A stretch of 64,000 nt of DNA from a virus: the IMG/VR virus record IMGVR_UViG_3300024346_003797, positions 13,091 to 77,090 of that record. One strand, written 5' to 3'. Positions 43,466-54,300 of the stretch are shown here, in pieces. The translations under genes were made by a program, and so were the position numbers. Numbering within the stretch: the stretch's first letter is position 1; the number at the start of each line of letters is the position of its first letter. The notes beneath the pieces are model-generated. The model searched no databases and had not been told where the DNA came from. It was given only the letters and a program-made list of their open reading frames with translations.

Positions 43466-44707
43466 ATGGCAATATTAAACAGAAATAGATTTCCAATGAC
43501 ATTTACATGGGGAGGATGTACCTCCTTAGATAAAACTTATATTAATTGGATTGAGAATGGAAAAGATCATAGAATCTTTGGATATAAAGATTATAACGAT
43601 ACTGATTACTGGTATATTGAGATTATGCACGGGGACGTATTTTATTCATTCCCATTAGAAACACTTATCCCCGACGATGTATTGTATAATATACGACAAG
43701 GTAAAGTTGTTCTAATACTAAGCAACTTTTCTGAATCGTATCATAGCATCGTAGAAGATATATACATCCATACTGTTATTAACGGTAAGATTCCTCCGGA
43801 ACAAATACTATTATATACTAACAGTCCGGATATCATACAAGAAATAAACTTTATAAGCAAACAGTTTAGTCAGAATCCCATTAAGGCACATTTGTTATTT
43901 GAGTTTGAAATGGGTGCGTCCAATACTATAGCATATTCTGATGACAAGTCAGAAGAAAGTAGATGTTACACTAGTAAAACATTAGAACTTGCTGACTATC
44001 CTAAAAAATATTTAAGTTACAATGGTATGCGAAGACCACAGCGTGTAAGTATAGTTGCTTTGTTAGCATCCATGGATCTATTAAAGCACGGCTATGTAAG
44101 TTATAATTCATATGTACGATCGGATGCAGACAACATTGATGCAAAAAGAAACTATGATGAAATGTTATTATGGCATATAGAAAATCCTAGATTTATTGAT
44201 ATCTTGCAAAATAATAAGGATATATTGTTAAGCTTAAACAGTTTATACTTAGATACTGAACCGGGTATCACTAGTGGGAAGGCAGGATATCACCAAATCA
44301 CTAAACAGTTTTATGAAGAAACTTATTTTAGTGTTGTTACTGAAACGCTTTGTATGAAGAAGTTTAGTAATGACGGTAAAACAGGAATGGGTAGAATATT
44401 AAGTGAAAAGACCTTTAAGGCTATATTAAATCATCATCCTTTCTTGTTAGTGGCAGTTCCCAGAAGCTTACAGTTTTTAAAGAGCATGGGATATAAAACC
44501 TTTCACCCATATATAAACGAAGAATATGATAATGAAACTGACGATTCTACCCGTTTACTAATGATAGCTGATGAAACTAAACGTTTATGTGAGCTTTCTT
44601 CGGAACAACTGCAGGAGTTTTTATTGGCTACTAAAGAAATAGTCAACTACAATTTTCAAGTTTTAAAATCTAAAAAAGGACCGTGGTTGATACCATTGAT
44701 TAACTAA
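43466..44707 (+). CDS. putative GT-B (GT10-like) glycosyltransferase
   Basis: SVVTET...SEKTFKAI...PF...GYKTFHPYINEEYD. Confidence 0.5.
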   Translation: MAILNRNRFPMTFTWGGCTSLDKTYINWIENGKDHRIFGYKDYNDTDYWYIEIMHGDVFYSFPLETLIPDDVLYNIRQGKVVLILSNFSESYHSIVEDIYIHTVINGKIPPEQILLYTNSPDIIQEINFISKQFSQNPIKAHLLFEFEMGASNTIAYSDDKSEESRCYTSKTLELADYPKKYLSYNGMRRPQRVSIVALLASMDLLKHGYVSYNSYVRSDADNIDAKRNYDEMLLWHIENPRFIDILQNNKDILLSLNSLYLDTEPGITSGKAGYHQITKQFYEETYFSVVTETLCMKKFSNDGKTGMGRILSEKTFKAILNHHPFLLVAVPRSLQFLKSMGYKTFHPYINEEYDNETDDSTRLLMIADETKRLCELSSEQLQEFLLATKEIVNYNFQVLKSKKGPWLIPLIN

Positions 44708-44708
44708 G

Positions 44709-45830
44709 ATGAGTGACACAAAATACACTGTATATTGGAAAAAAGATACTCGAAATTATTTATATATTAATAAGCCAAAATTATATGAAGAGGCTAATAG
44801 AGAACCATACAGTGCTTATATTATGTACTATATGGGCACCCCGTTTGAAGAATATGATACACAAGTATTAGACCATTTGCGTAAAGATCCAACTAGTATT
44901 ATGATTATGATACATGACTGGTCTCCTTGCGGATCTCCTCCTACTAGCAATTTGTATTTGGAAAAGATTGAAGCTATTGTTAAGTTTACTAATTTATTAC
45001 CTGAACAATATTATCTGATAACAATGGACACTATAGAAGCGGAAAGCATTAAACATGCATTAGTAGAAAGAGGTATACACATTAACTTTATAGGTAGAAA
45101 CTCGTTACTAATAGATGAGACTATTGTATATGATAAACCCTTAAAGGCACCGGAAAAACTATTTAGTATATTCTGCCGAGCATCTAGAGAATGGAGATTT
45201 CACTTCTTTTGTGATATGATTAAGTATGGGTTGTTAGACAAAAGTATTTATAGTTATATGAAAGCGTCCCCTTACCCGGAAGACCCACACCCTACAGAAA
45301 TATCAGAAATAAAAAAGATGATACCTTTAAAATATCGGCTCTTACCTAAAATTAGAAATGAAATAAATACATGGGTTGATAATATGCCATATACTTTAGT
45401 AGAAAACATTTATGATTATTATTCTCCAATTCTCTTTGATGCAATAAGCAATTCACATATACATATTGTTTTAGAGACAATGGTGATAGGACAAATACAT
45501 CATGTTACTGAAAAGACCTGGAAAGCTATATCGGTAAAGAAACCATTTATAATATATGGTGTTTTGGGTAGTTTACAGTGGTTGCACACACGAGGCTACA
45601 AAACTTTTCACCCATATATAAATGAGGACTATGATTTAGAACAAGATCCAATCAGACGCAAAGACATGATTATACGTGAAATGACAAGGATTTCTAACTT
45701 GGCAGATGATGAGTTAGCACAATTAATAGAAAACTGTACTCCCACAATAGAGCATAATCATAAACTATTTCTTGAATCAAGAAACTTTAAGTGGCCAGAA
45801 GAATTTGCCAAGCTTGGTATCTTTAAATAA
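44709..45830 (+). CDS. putative GT-B (GT10-like) glycosyltransferase paralogue
   Basis: IVLET...TEKTWKAI...PF...GYKTFHPYINEDYD. Confidence 0.5.
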   Translation: MSDTKYTVYWKKDTRNYLYINKPKLYEEANREPYSAYIMYYMGTPFEEYDTQVLDHLRKDPTSIMIMIHDWSPCGSPPTSNLYLEKIEAIVKFTNLLPEQYYLITMDTIEAESIKHALVERGIHINFIGRNSLLIDETIVYDKPLKAPEKLFSIFCRASREWRFHFFCDMIKYGLLDKSIYSYMKASPYPEDPHPTEISEIKKMIPLKYRLLPKIRNEINTWVDNMPYTLVENIYDYYSPILFDAISNSHIHIVLETMVIGQIHHVTEKTWKAISVKKPFIIYGVLGSLQWLHTRGYKTFHPYINEDYDLEQDPIRRKDMIIREMTRISNLADDELAQLIENCTPTIEHNHKLFLESRNFKWPEEFAKLGIFK

Positions 45831-46181
45831 TCAACCGTATTTCTTAACTTCTCTTACCGGGTCGTTAAGAACTTCAGCCATTCTGTTCTTTAAAATATAT
45901 CTCTCATTCAATATATTACGAACATGGATAGCTCTACGCCCAACTTCCTCTAAACTATACTTGTGCTCTACAGTGTACTTTTTAAAATCATCTTCTAATT
46001 CCCAGACTCTGGCATGAACATCATATAGTTTATCTAAGTCTTCCCTAATCAGATTAAGATCCAAATCTTTTAGCTGATTGGAGTAAAAATCTAATTCTTC
46101 TTTGTTATCATTTAATTTTGCAAACTTAAGCTTGGCGATACAATATCTATCTACTAATTCAATAACTGGGAATTTATACAT
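45831..46181 (-). CDS. small helical hypothetical protein (DUF6165-like)
   Basis: ELVDRYCIAKLK...VWELED...RYILKNRM. Confidence 0.5.
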   Translation of the reverse strand: MYKFPVIELVDRYCIAKLKFAKLNDNKEELDFYSNQLKDLDLNLIREDLDKLYDVHARVWELEDDFKKYTVEHKYSLEEVGRRAIHVRNILNERYILKNRMAEVLNDPVREVKKYG

Positions 46182-47382
46182 TTTTTATTTCTACCTTTGG
46201 AAAATACTTTAAAAACAAGTCTTGCGGCTCGTTTCTTACTACCTTAATACGATTACTAATCTCAGTAAAGAAGTTCCAAGCTAATGGCATAAACAATATT
46301 TTATCTTCTTTACTATATTCTTTTAACACATCTATAGATTTTATAGGTGAATTGTGTCCCGGACTGTATAGATTATGTTTGAGTGGACTATCATCTATAA
46401 TCAAATCTAATGGTTCTTTGATATAGTTTAACAATGTGTTACCTTTAGCGGCTGCACCGTAACCCACTACCTTATAACCCTGATCCTTATATGTATTGAT
46501 TACAGATTTTAATTCAAACATATTAGATTGAACTGTTTGCTCCCAATCTTTATATGTTTTTAAATCTAACAATTTGGATTCATTCTTAATAATGTTCTCT
46601 ACGTTAAATGTACGTTTTTGTATTTTACTTAATACGAATATATAGCTATTCCCGTGTATCGGAGTTTTAATTACATCTATTAGATTTAAATTTGCTCTTT
46701 TAGCTAACTCATTCATACTATTAGCATTAAAGAAATTGATATGTTCGTGGTATATAGTATCAAACTCATTGTTTAAAACCATATCTGCTTGACTAGTTTG
46801 AATGAATAACATAGTATGGTCACTCATTAATTCTTTAACAGTTTGCAAAAATTCTATTGGATTTGGATTATGAGCAAACACATTCTGTGCAGTAATGGCA
46901 TCAAAATTATAATGAATTTTCTCTATAATGTTTGGACCAAAGTAGTCACAAATAACATCATGTTTTGCTGAACTAGTTGGATGAATATTTTCTGCTGGAT
47001 CAATGCCAAATGTATTTAAACTATAGGGTTTAAAACAATCTAGTTGCGTACCATCATTACATCCAATATCTAATACGTTACCAGTCTGCCGGTCCATGTT
47101 TTCTACTACATAACCTGCAAACCATTTACTATATTCTTTTAATGTTTTGCTGGTACCAGCAACGTACAAGTAATTGGAATAGATTATTTTAGGATCAACT
47201 GTATGAGTTAATTGCAAATGACAGCAATCTTTACACAGATTAACTCCTAATGGATATGTATCTTGTTTGTATGGTTTGTCTTTTAAATTATTAGCTAAAG
47301 GTTGATTACCTAAATCTAATGAAGGTATTAAATGTGTGCCACCACAGGCTAAGCACGTTGTATTTTCTATTAGGTTATTCAT
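46174..47382 (-). CDS. NDP-hexose C-methyltransferase (SAM-dependent, Zn-binding N-terminus)
   Basis: CLACG, LGNQPLAN, DIGCNDG, FDTIYHEH, GYGAAAKGNT. Confidence 0.88.
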   Translation of the reverse strand: MNNLIENTTCLACGGTHLIPSLDLGNQPLANNLKDKPYKQDTYPLGVNLCKDCCHLQLTHTVDPKIIYSNYLYVAGTSKTLKEYSKWFAGYVVENMDRQTGNVLDIGCNDGTQLDCFKPYSLNTFGIDPAENIHPTSSAKHDVICDYFGPNIIEKIHYNFDAITAQNVFAHNPNPIEFLQTVKELMSDHTMLFIQTSQADMVLNNEFDTIYHEHINFFNANSMNELAKRANLNLIDVIKTPIHGNSYIFVLSKIQKRTFNVENIIKNESKLLDLKTYKDWEQTVQSNMFELKSVINTYKDQGYKVVGYGAAAKGNTLLNYIKEPLDLIIDDSPLKHNLYSPGHNSPIKSIDVLKEYSKEDKILFMPLAWNFFTEISNRIKVVRNEPQDLFLKYFPKVEIKNV

Positions 47383-48280
47383 ATGTTTTATATTGATTTC
47401 TGTTGCTAAAGGTCACTGTATCAATTTTGTTTACTAATTCAGTTACAATAGAGGTAGTAGTGTCATTGAACATAAAGTTATAATCTGTTTTAAACTTGTT
47501 TACGTCCATTAAAAAGTTGTAAGCATTTGGAACATCAGTAGTACGTTGTACATTAGAATGTAATACCTGACTGACATTAGATGATATGTTTTCAACGGTA
47601 TCACAAAAACTAGCTAAATTGTAAATACCAAATTTGGGTGTCTCAATAATAGTTTTTATCGCCCTAGTTAAGTCTGTAATTCCCAATATTGGTCGTTGAA
47701 TATCTACATTGTTTATAGTTAAACTGTTAGTTTCAACCGATCTTTTAGTCATTGAATTAATCATTAACTCCTCTCTGACATTTGGACTCCACCCGTTAAC
47801 GGTACCAAAACGTAAACCTACAATATTATATCCTTCAGCTATAAACTTCTGTGCGTTTAAATCTAACGAGTACTTGGTTAAGTCGTAGTTATTAATCGGT
47901 TTGAATGTAATGTGAACATCTTCTGCTAGTGGAACATCAGTTATTCCATATACGCTTCCACTACTAGCATAAATCAATAATTGTGATTTATCTAGTTTGT
48001 TTACTAAGGTGTTGAAGTTATTTACATTGTTGTTCCAACTAGAGTTAACATCACCAATACACATTTTAACCGAGCTATGGCCGGCTAATAATACAATGGT
48101 ATCAAACTTACTGAGATATTCTTTAGTAAGATTATTGTAATCGATAGTATAGCTATATTTAAAATCTTTACCATACCAGCAAAGATCCACACTTTCAATT
48201 GAGTAAGCTGAGTTTAATTCGTATATAAGTCTGGAACCAATATAACCATTCCCACCTATAATTAGAACAGATTTAGTCAT
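47375..48280 (-). CDS. NAD-dependent NDP-sugar epimerase/dehydratase (extended SDR)
   Basis: GGNGYIG, YASSGSVYG, YDLTK, LRFGTVNG. Confidence 0.88.
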   Translation of the reverse strand: MTKSVLIIGGNGYIGSRLIYELNSAYSIESVDLCWYGKDFKYSYTIDYNNLTKEYLSKFDTIVLLAGHSSVKMCIGDVNSSWNNNVNNFNTLVNKLDKSQLLIYASSGSVYGITDVPLAEDVHITFKPINNYDLTKYSLDLNAQKFIAEGYNIVGLRFGTVNGWSPNVREELMINSMTKRSVETNSLTINNVDIQRPILGITDLTRAIKTIIETPKFGIYNLASFCDTVENISSNVSQVLHSNVQRTTDVPNAYNFLMDVNKFKTDYNFMFNDTTTSIVTELVNKIDTVTFSNRNQYKTYE

Positions 48281-48284
48281 CGAT

Positions 48285-48327
48285 TATTTAGTAAAAACTT
48301 TGGGTATGTGAAACATTTTCATAAGTA
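48285..48327. promoter_or_regulatory. divergent late boxes CTAAATA (minus, 48291-48285) and CATAAGTA (plus, 48320-48327)
   Basis: Each lies 4-5 nt before its ATG. Confidence 0.55.
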
Positions 48328-48332
48328 TAATA

Positions 48333-51300
48333 ATGATTAGAGATGTATTTTATTACGGTAATAAACCCAACGCACACCCAAGAGAAAAACACGCAATTGA
48401 TTTAGCCGATGCTAGAAGTCAATGCACTACTGAACATTTTTGGATAATCAACGAATATTGCGACTACACAAACTTTGATTGGGATTGGGATTTTGACTTT
48501 CTACCCGATGAAGATGTGTGGGCTGAAGAACACAACAACGTATGGCCCAGTAGCTATCAAAAAGATAGTGGTACTTGGTTATGTTCAGAACAAGACAGTC
48601 AAGTAATTATCTATCGTGCAGATGTGGATCCTGTATCATTAAAAGATATTATATCAGGTAATTGGAAAATCATTGAAGCAATAGACATGCCATCGTTTGA
48701 TTTTAAATGGCACCCTGATCCAACTGAGGATCCCTACATATACGTATTTGGTAATCAATGGTATTCTGGTATGATAATGCCTACAGTAGAATATCATGTT
48801 CCCGGGGCAACAAATAGAAAATACCTAACAGATAAGATAGCGCAACTGTTGCCTATACCTGAACTGTTTGATACGATACATGAAACATTAGACTTTGATT
48901 ATAGCTGGAGACCAGACCCAACTAGCCCACCATATACCTATGTGTTTGGTAATACTCAGTACCCAAGTAGTGTAATGCCAACTATAGAGTACACTGTTGA
49001 GGGCGCAACTGAACGCAAGTTCATCGAACAGATTACACCTAAGCTAAAACCTCAACAACATAAGTTTAATATATTAGAAATTATAGATAGAAACAAGTTT
49101 GACTTTAGTTGGGTACCAGATCCAACTAGCCCTCCTTATATCTATGTGTTTGGTAATACTCAATACCCGGGTACTATAATGCCAACAATAGAATATACTG
49201 TTGAAGGTGCAACAGAACGTAAGTATGTAGATAATATAGTTGCACATTTATTACCAATGCAATCAGTATTCAATACGATATATGAAACATTAGACTTTGA
49301 TTATAGCTGGAGACCAGATCCAACTAGCCCACCATATATCTATGTGTTTGGTAATACTCAGTATCCCGGTAATATTATGCCGACCATTGAATATGTAGTA
49401 GAAGGTGCAACAGAACGCAAGTATATAGATGATATTGTTCCTAACTTAGCACATCAGCCACACAAGTTTAAACTACTAGAAGATATTGATACTACTAAGT
49501 TTGACTTTAGTTGGGTACCAGATCCAACTAGTCCTCCGTATATCTATGTATGGGGTAATCAATGGAATAAACCTGAGGATAAGATTAGTGTGCAGTATGT
49601 TGTTGAGGGTGCGACTGAATACAAGTATATGGAACAACGTGCTACCCGTAAAGCATGTACTGACAACTGGCAGACACCTGGTTATGTAATACAGAACAGC
49701 TTTGATTATAGTTGGGAACCTAATCCAAATGATAATCCATATATCTATCAATTTGGTACACAATGGCAAAAAACAGGCGGCCCTAAGTATATAGTAGAAG
49801 GCGCTACCGAAATCAAGTATGTAGATGTTATTAAAGCAAGTATTGTACCGTGGCAGTTTAAGAACTGGTTAATACCTAGAAATATAGAACAAACTAGTTT
49901 TGATTTTAGTTGGCATCCCGATGATACAGAACCAAACTATATCTATCAATTTGCTAGTCAATGGAGTAAATCGGGCGGCCCACGGTTCTCTATGCCAAAC
50001 GCAACAGATGTTAAGTATATTGATTTTCCTATAGCAGTAGCTAAAACTGATATGACACACTGGTCTATACCTGCAGGATTAGATACTAGTGAGTTTGATT
50101 ACAGTTGGCATCCTGATATTGAAGACGAACCCTACATCTATCAGTTTGGAACACAATGGCAAAAGACAGGCGGCCCTGTATTTACTGCACCATTATGCAA
50201 TGAAACAACTCCTGTCAAGTATGTTGATATAACAAAAGCAAAAATGTTACCTAATGATAGTAACTGGGTAACACATGAAAACATAGTTGATTTTGATTAT
50301 AGTTGGCACCCAGACTCTACTGAACAACCCTATATCTATCAATTTGGAACACAATGGCAAAAGACAGGTGGTCCGTCATATGTAGTTGGGGGTGCTACTG
50401 AAATCAAGTACGTAGATGTTATAACAGCAAATGTATCAGTTACAACTAAAAATTGGGTAACACATGAGGAAGTTATTGACTTTGATTACAGCTGGCATCC
50501 AGATAGTACTGAACAACCCTATATATATCAATGGGGCAATAAACATTATGGCAGTGATTTACAGCCCACAATAGAATATATTGTACCCGGTGCAACACAA
50601 ATCAAACATATGTCGCAAGATGTTAACCTATCAGTAAGTGACAAATGGATTGAACATTATGATATTGACAAAACTAAATTTGACATGTCATGGAGACCTG
50701 ATCCAACTAGTCCTCCGTATATCTATATATGGGGAAATAAACACATTGCTCCTGAACTTAAATCTACCGTTGAGTACCATGTTGAAGGGGCTACTGAGAT
50801 TAAATACATGCCGGAGCGATTGGCAGTGTTGCCAGAGTTTGATAGATGGCATGAAATACAGCTAGTTGATAGAACTAAGTTTGATTTGACATGGAGACCT
50901 GACCCACGTGAGCCTGATTACATTTATGTATGGGGTAACAAGTGGATAGCAGGAGAATTAGAATCAAGTATAGAATATCATTGCCCCGGCGCAACTGAAA
51001 AGAAGTATATGGAAACTCTTGTTGATGTTTTACCTCAGCAAGAACGATGGAATATAGTACAAAAACCATCTGATTTTGATTATAGTTGGAGACCTGACCC
51101 ACGTGAACCTGCATATATCTATGTGTGGGGGAATAAACATATTGCAGGTGAACTTAAACCAACTGTTGAGTATTATTGCCCTAACGCAACAGAGCGTAAG
51201 TATATGGGTGACATAGATGTTGCACCTGAAATGGATCGATGGAACATAGTACAAGACGTTACCGAATCATTTGATTTGACATGGAGACCTGACCCACGTG

Positions 51301-54300
51301 AACCTGCATATATCTATGTATGGGGTAACAAATATATATCAGGAGAATTGAAAGCAACAATTGAATATCATTGCCCTGATGCCACTGAACGTAAGTATAT
51401 GGGTAATGCAGAAGTAATACCTGAATACACCAAGTGGAAGATAACACAAGACATTGATAAAACTAAGTTTGATTTGACATGGAGACCTGACCCACGTGAA
51501 CCTGCATATATTTATGTGTGGGGGAATAAACATATTGACGCAGAGTTAAAACCTACAATAGAATATTATTGTGAAGGTGCTACTGAACGCAAGTATATGG
51601 GTAACGTTGATGCATTGCCTGAATTTGACAAATGGGTAGAAGTACAACCTGTTGATAAAACTAAGTTTGATTTGACATGGAGACCTGACCCACGTGAACC
51701 TGCATATATTTATGTGTGGGGGAATAAGTGGATCCCCGGTGAGTTAAGGTCAACTATTGAATATCATTGTTTAGGCGCCATTGAGAAGAAGTATATGGGT
51801 GAAGCAGAAGTAATGCCCATTAGTGAGAATTGGAAGATTAATCAATCAGTAGATAACTTTGACTTTACGTGGCGGCCGGACCCTAGAGAACCTGATTACA
51901 TATACGTATGGGGTAACAAATGGATCTCAGGTGAACTTATGCCCACAGTAGAATACTACTGTTCTGGTGCTACTGAAAAGAAGTACATGGGTGAGGTAGA
52001 TGTTGCTCCTGAATGGGATAAGTATCAAATTCTTATTCCAATAGACAAAACAAGTTTTGATTTTAGTTGGAGACCTGATCCACATGAACCTGCTTTCATT
52101 TATGTGTGGGGTAATCAATCTAATAGTGCAGAGAAAGAACCAACAATAGAATATCATTGTGAGGGTGCTATCGAGCGTAAGTATATTACTGACACATTTG
52201 TAAAAACATTGCCTGTAGTTGAAAATTGGAAAATATTAATACCCGTTGACAACTTTGATTTTAGTTGGAGACCTGATCCTCATAGCCCGCCATTCATATA
52301 TGTATTTGGTAATCAATGGCACGATGCTACTACTGAACCTACTTTAGAATATCATGTAGATGGTGCTAAAGATAAAAAATTCGTTACTGATATAATTGCT
52401 AACGCAATACGCACACAAGAACATTGGAAAACATTAATACCAGTAGAGTCCTTTGACTACAGTTGGAGACCTAACCCACATTCAAACCCCTACATATATG
52501 TTTTTGGAAATCAATGGCATAATAGCATCAAAGAGCCTACAATAGAATATCACGTGCTCGGGGCAACAGATAAGAAGTACATAGACGATATACACGCAAT
52601 CGTTAAATCAACTGCAACAGATCCAAATTGGAAACGTTTAATACCTATTGAAACCTTCGATTACAGTTGGAGACCTGACCCAGGTAGTCCGCCATTCATA
52701 TACGTATTCGGTAACAAGTGGAATGACGCTACAACTGAACCATCAATTGAATATCATGTGCATGGTGCAACAGAGTACAAATATATTAATGATCCTGTTG
52801 CTACTCCTCAGGCTAACTTAGCTTTTTGGTCTATCAATAACAATGATGACTTAGAGACATTTGACTTCACATGGAGACCTAATCCACATAGCCCACCTCA
52901 AATATATCAATGGGCTGACAATGGTCCTCGATACACAATGCCTGATGCAACTGAAGTTGTGTTTATGGAACGTACAGTTGAAACACGCAAAACTGTAGTC
53001 AATCGTTATAAGATTAAAACCACACTTGAAGATTTGATATTAGAACATACAGAAGAAGTATTCTGGGCTATTAATCCTGATTTGAGTTATGACAAGTTTG
53101 ACTTTAGTTGGAGACCAAACGAAGAAAACTTCAGACACATAAACGTATTTGGTAACGAATACAGTATGAACACACAAACATACTATGTTAATGGACCATT
53201 GTATATGATGGGGCATAAAGAGTTTAACTACGTAGAAGGACAAACTGTAGAGATTGACAGTAATTTGTCAATGTTTTATATTGATAGGGGTAATAGTGAG
53301 AGTAATGATAGATTTACATTACTCAAAACAAGATATCCACAAATTCAAAAGACACGATACTTAAATACTTGGGTAGATACAATCAATCGTTGTATCAACA
53401 AATCACAAACTAAATTATGTTGGATATTAAATAGCGAGTTAGATTATAGTGAGTTTGACTTTGACTTCTACCCTAGCCCATGGCAAGAGAAAATGGTTCA
53501 TGTGTTTGGCACTCAGTGGAGTCATTGGGGAACTACATTTATGATTAACAAAGAAACATTTTCTGAAGATACAAAATATGTAAAAATTATTGAGCATTTA
53601 AATGTATTAAACTTTGTTAAGAGTAAGAGAACAGTTGCTAAAAACTGTTTATATGATATTATTCTTATTGACCACGGCAACAATCGTGCAACTGAGATTA
53701 ATGGCATACCTGTAACTATAATCAAGTACGAGCGTAGCTATTTGAATACGTTTAAAAAACTACTTTCTATACTTCCACAAAAGAATGAGCATTACGTTTG
53801 GATAACAAGTAGTGTGTGTGATTATAGTAACTTTGATTTTAGTTATATATGTGACCCGTATGCTAAGGATCAACTACATGTATTCCCCAGTGACAGACAG
53901 AAGTTTGGTGACACATTTTTAGTTGATGTGAATAAGTTAAGAACATTGATTGATAGTATGGTTGTATTAGAAGATTATAATAAGATAAACTTCAATCAGC
54001 ATTTGCGTACTAAACGGTTGGATCCTCCGTCAATCATAACCAATGATGATACTCATTGCACAAGTGTCGATACTGAGTTTAACTTCCCATATGCAATATT
54101 CACCACATATGATAATCAAAGTATTAAGGCAGTAGATACAGAGCCAATGAACTTATGGTCACCCAATACAAAAAATATCATTGTAACAAGTACAGGTGGA
54201 ACACGTATCATTGTACCCAAAGAAGCAAAAGAGTATGTTAAGAAAGAGTTATATGATTATCCCTATATCTCTAAGATTAATAAACAGTTTGCATCCAAGC

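Noticed and set aside
33827-48280. Bacterial chromosomal LPS/O-antigen locus
   Set aside because: Phage late promoters and continuity with virion genes; no wzx/wzy or ABC export genes
48690-52980. CRISPR-like repeat-spacer array
   Set aside because: Period ~200 nt, in frame, spacers homologous to each other, no cas genes
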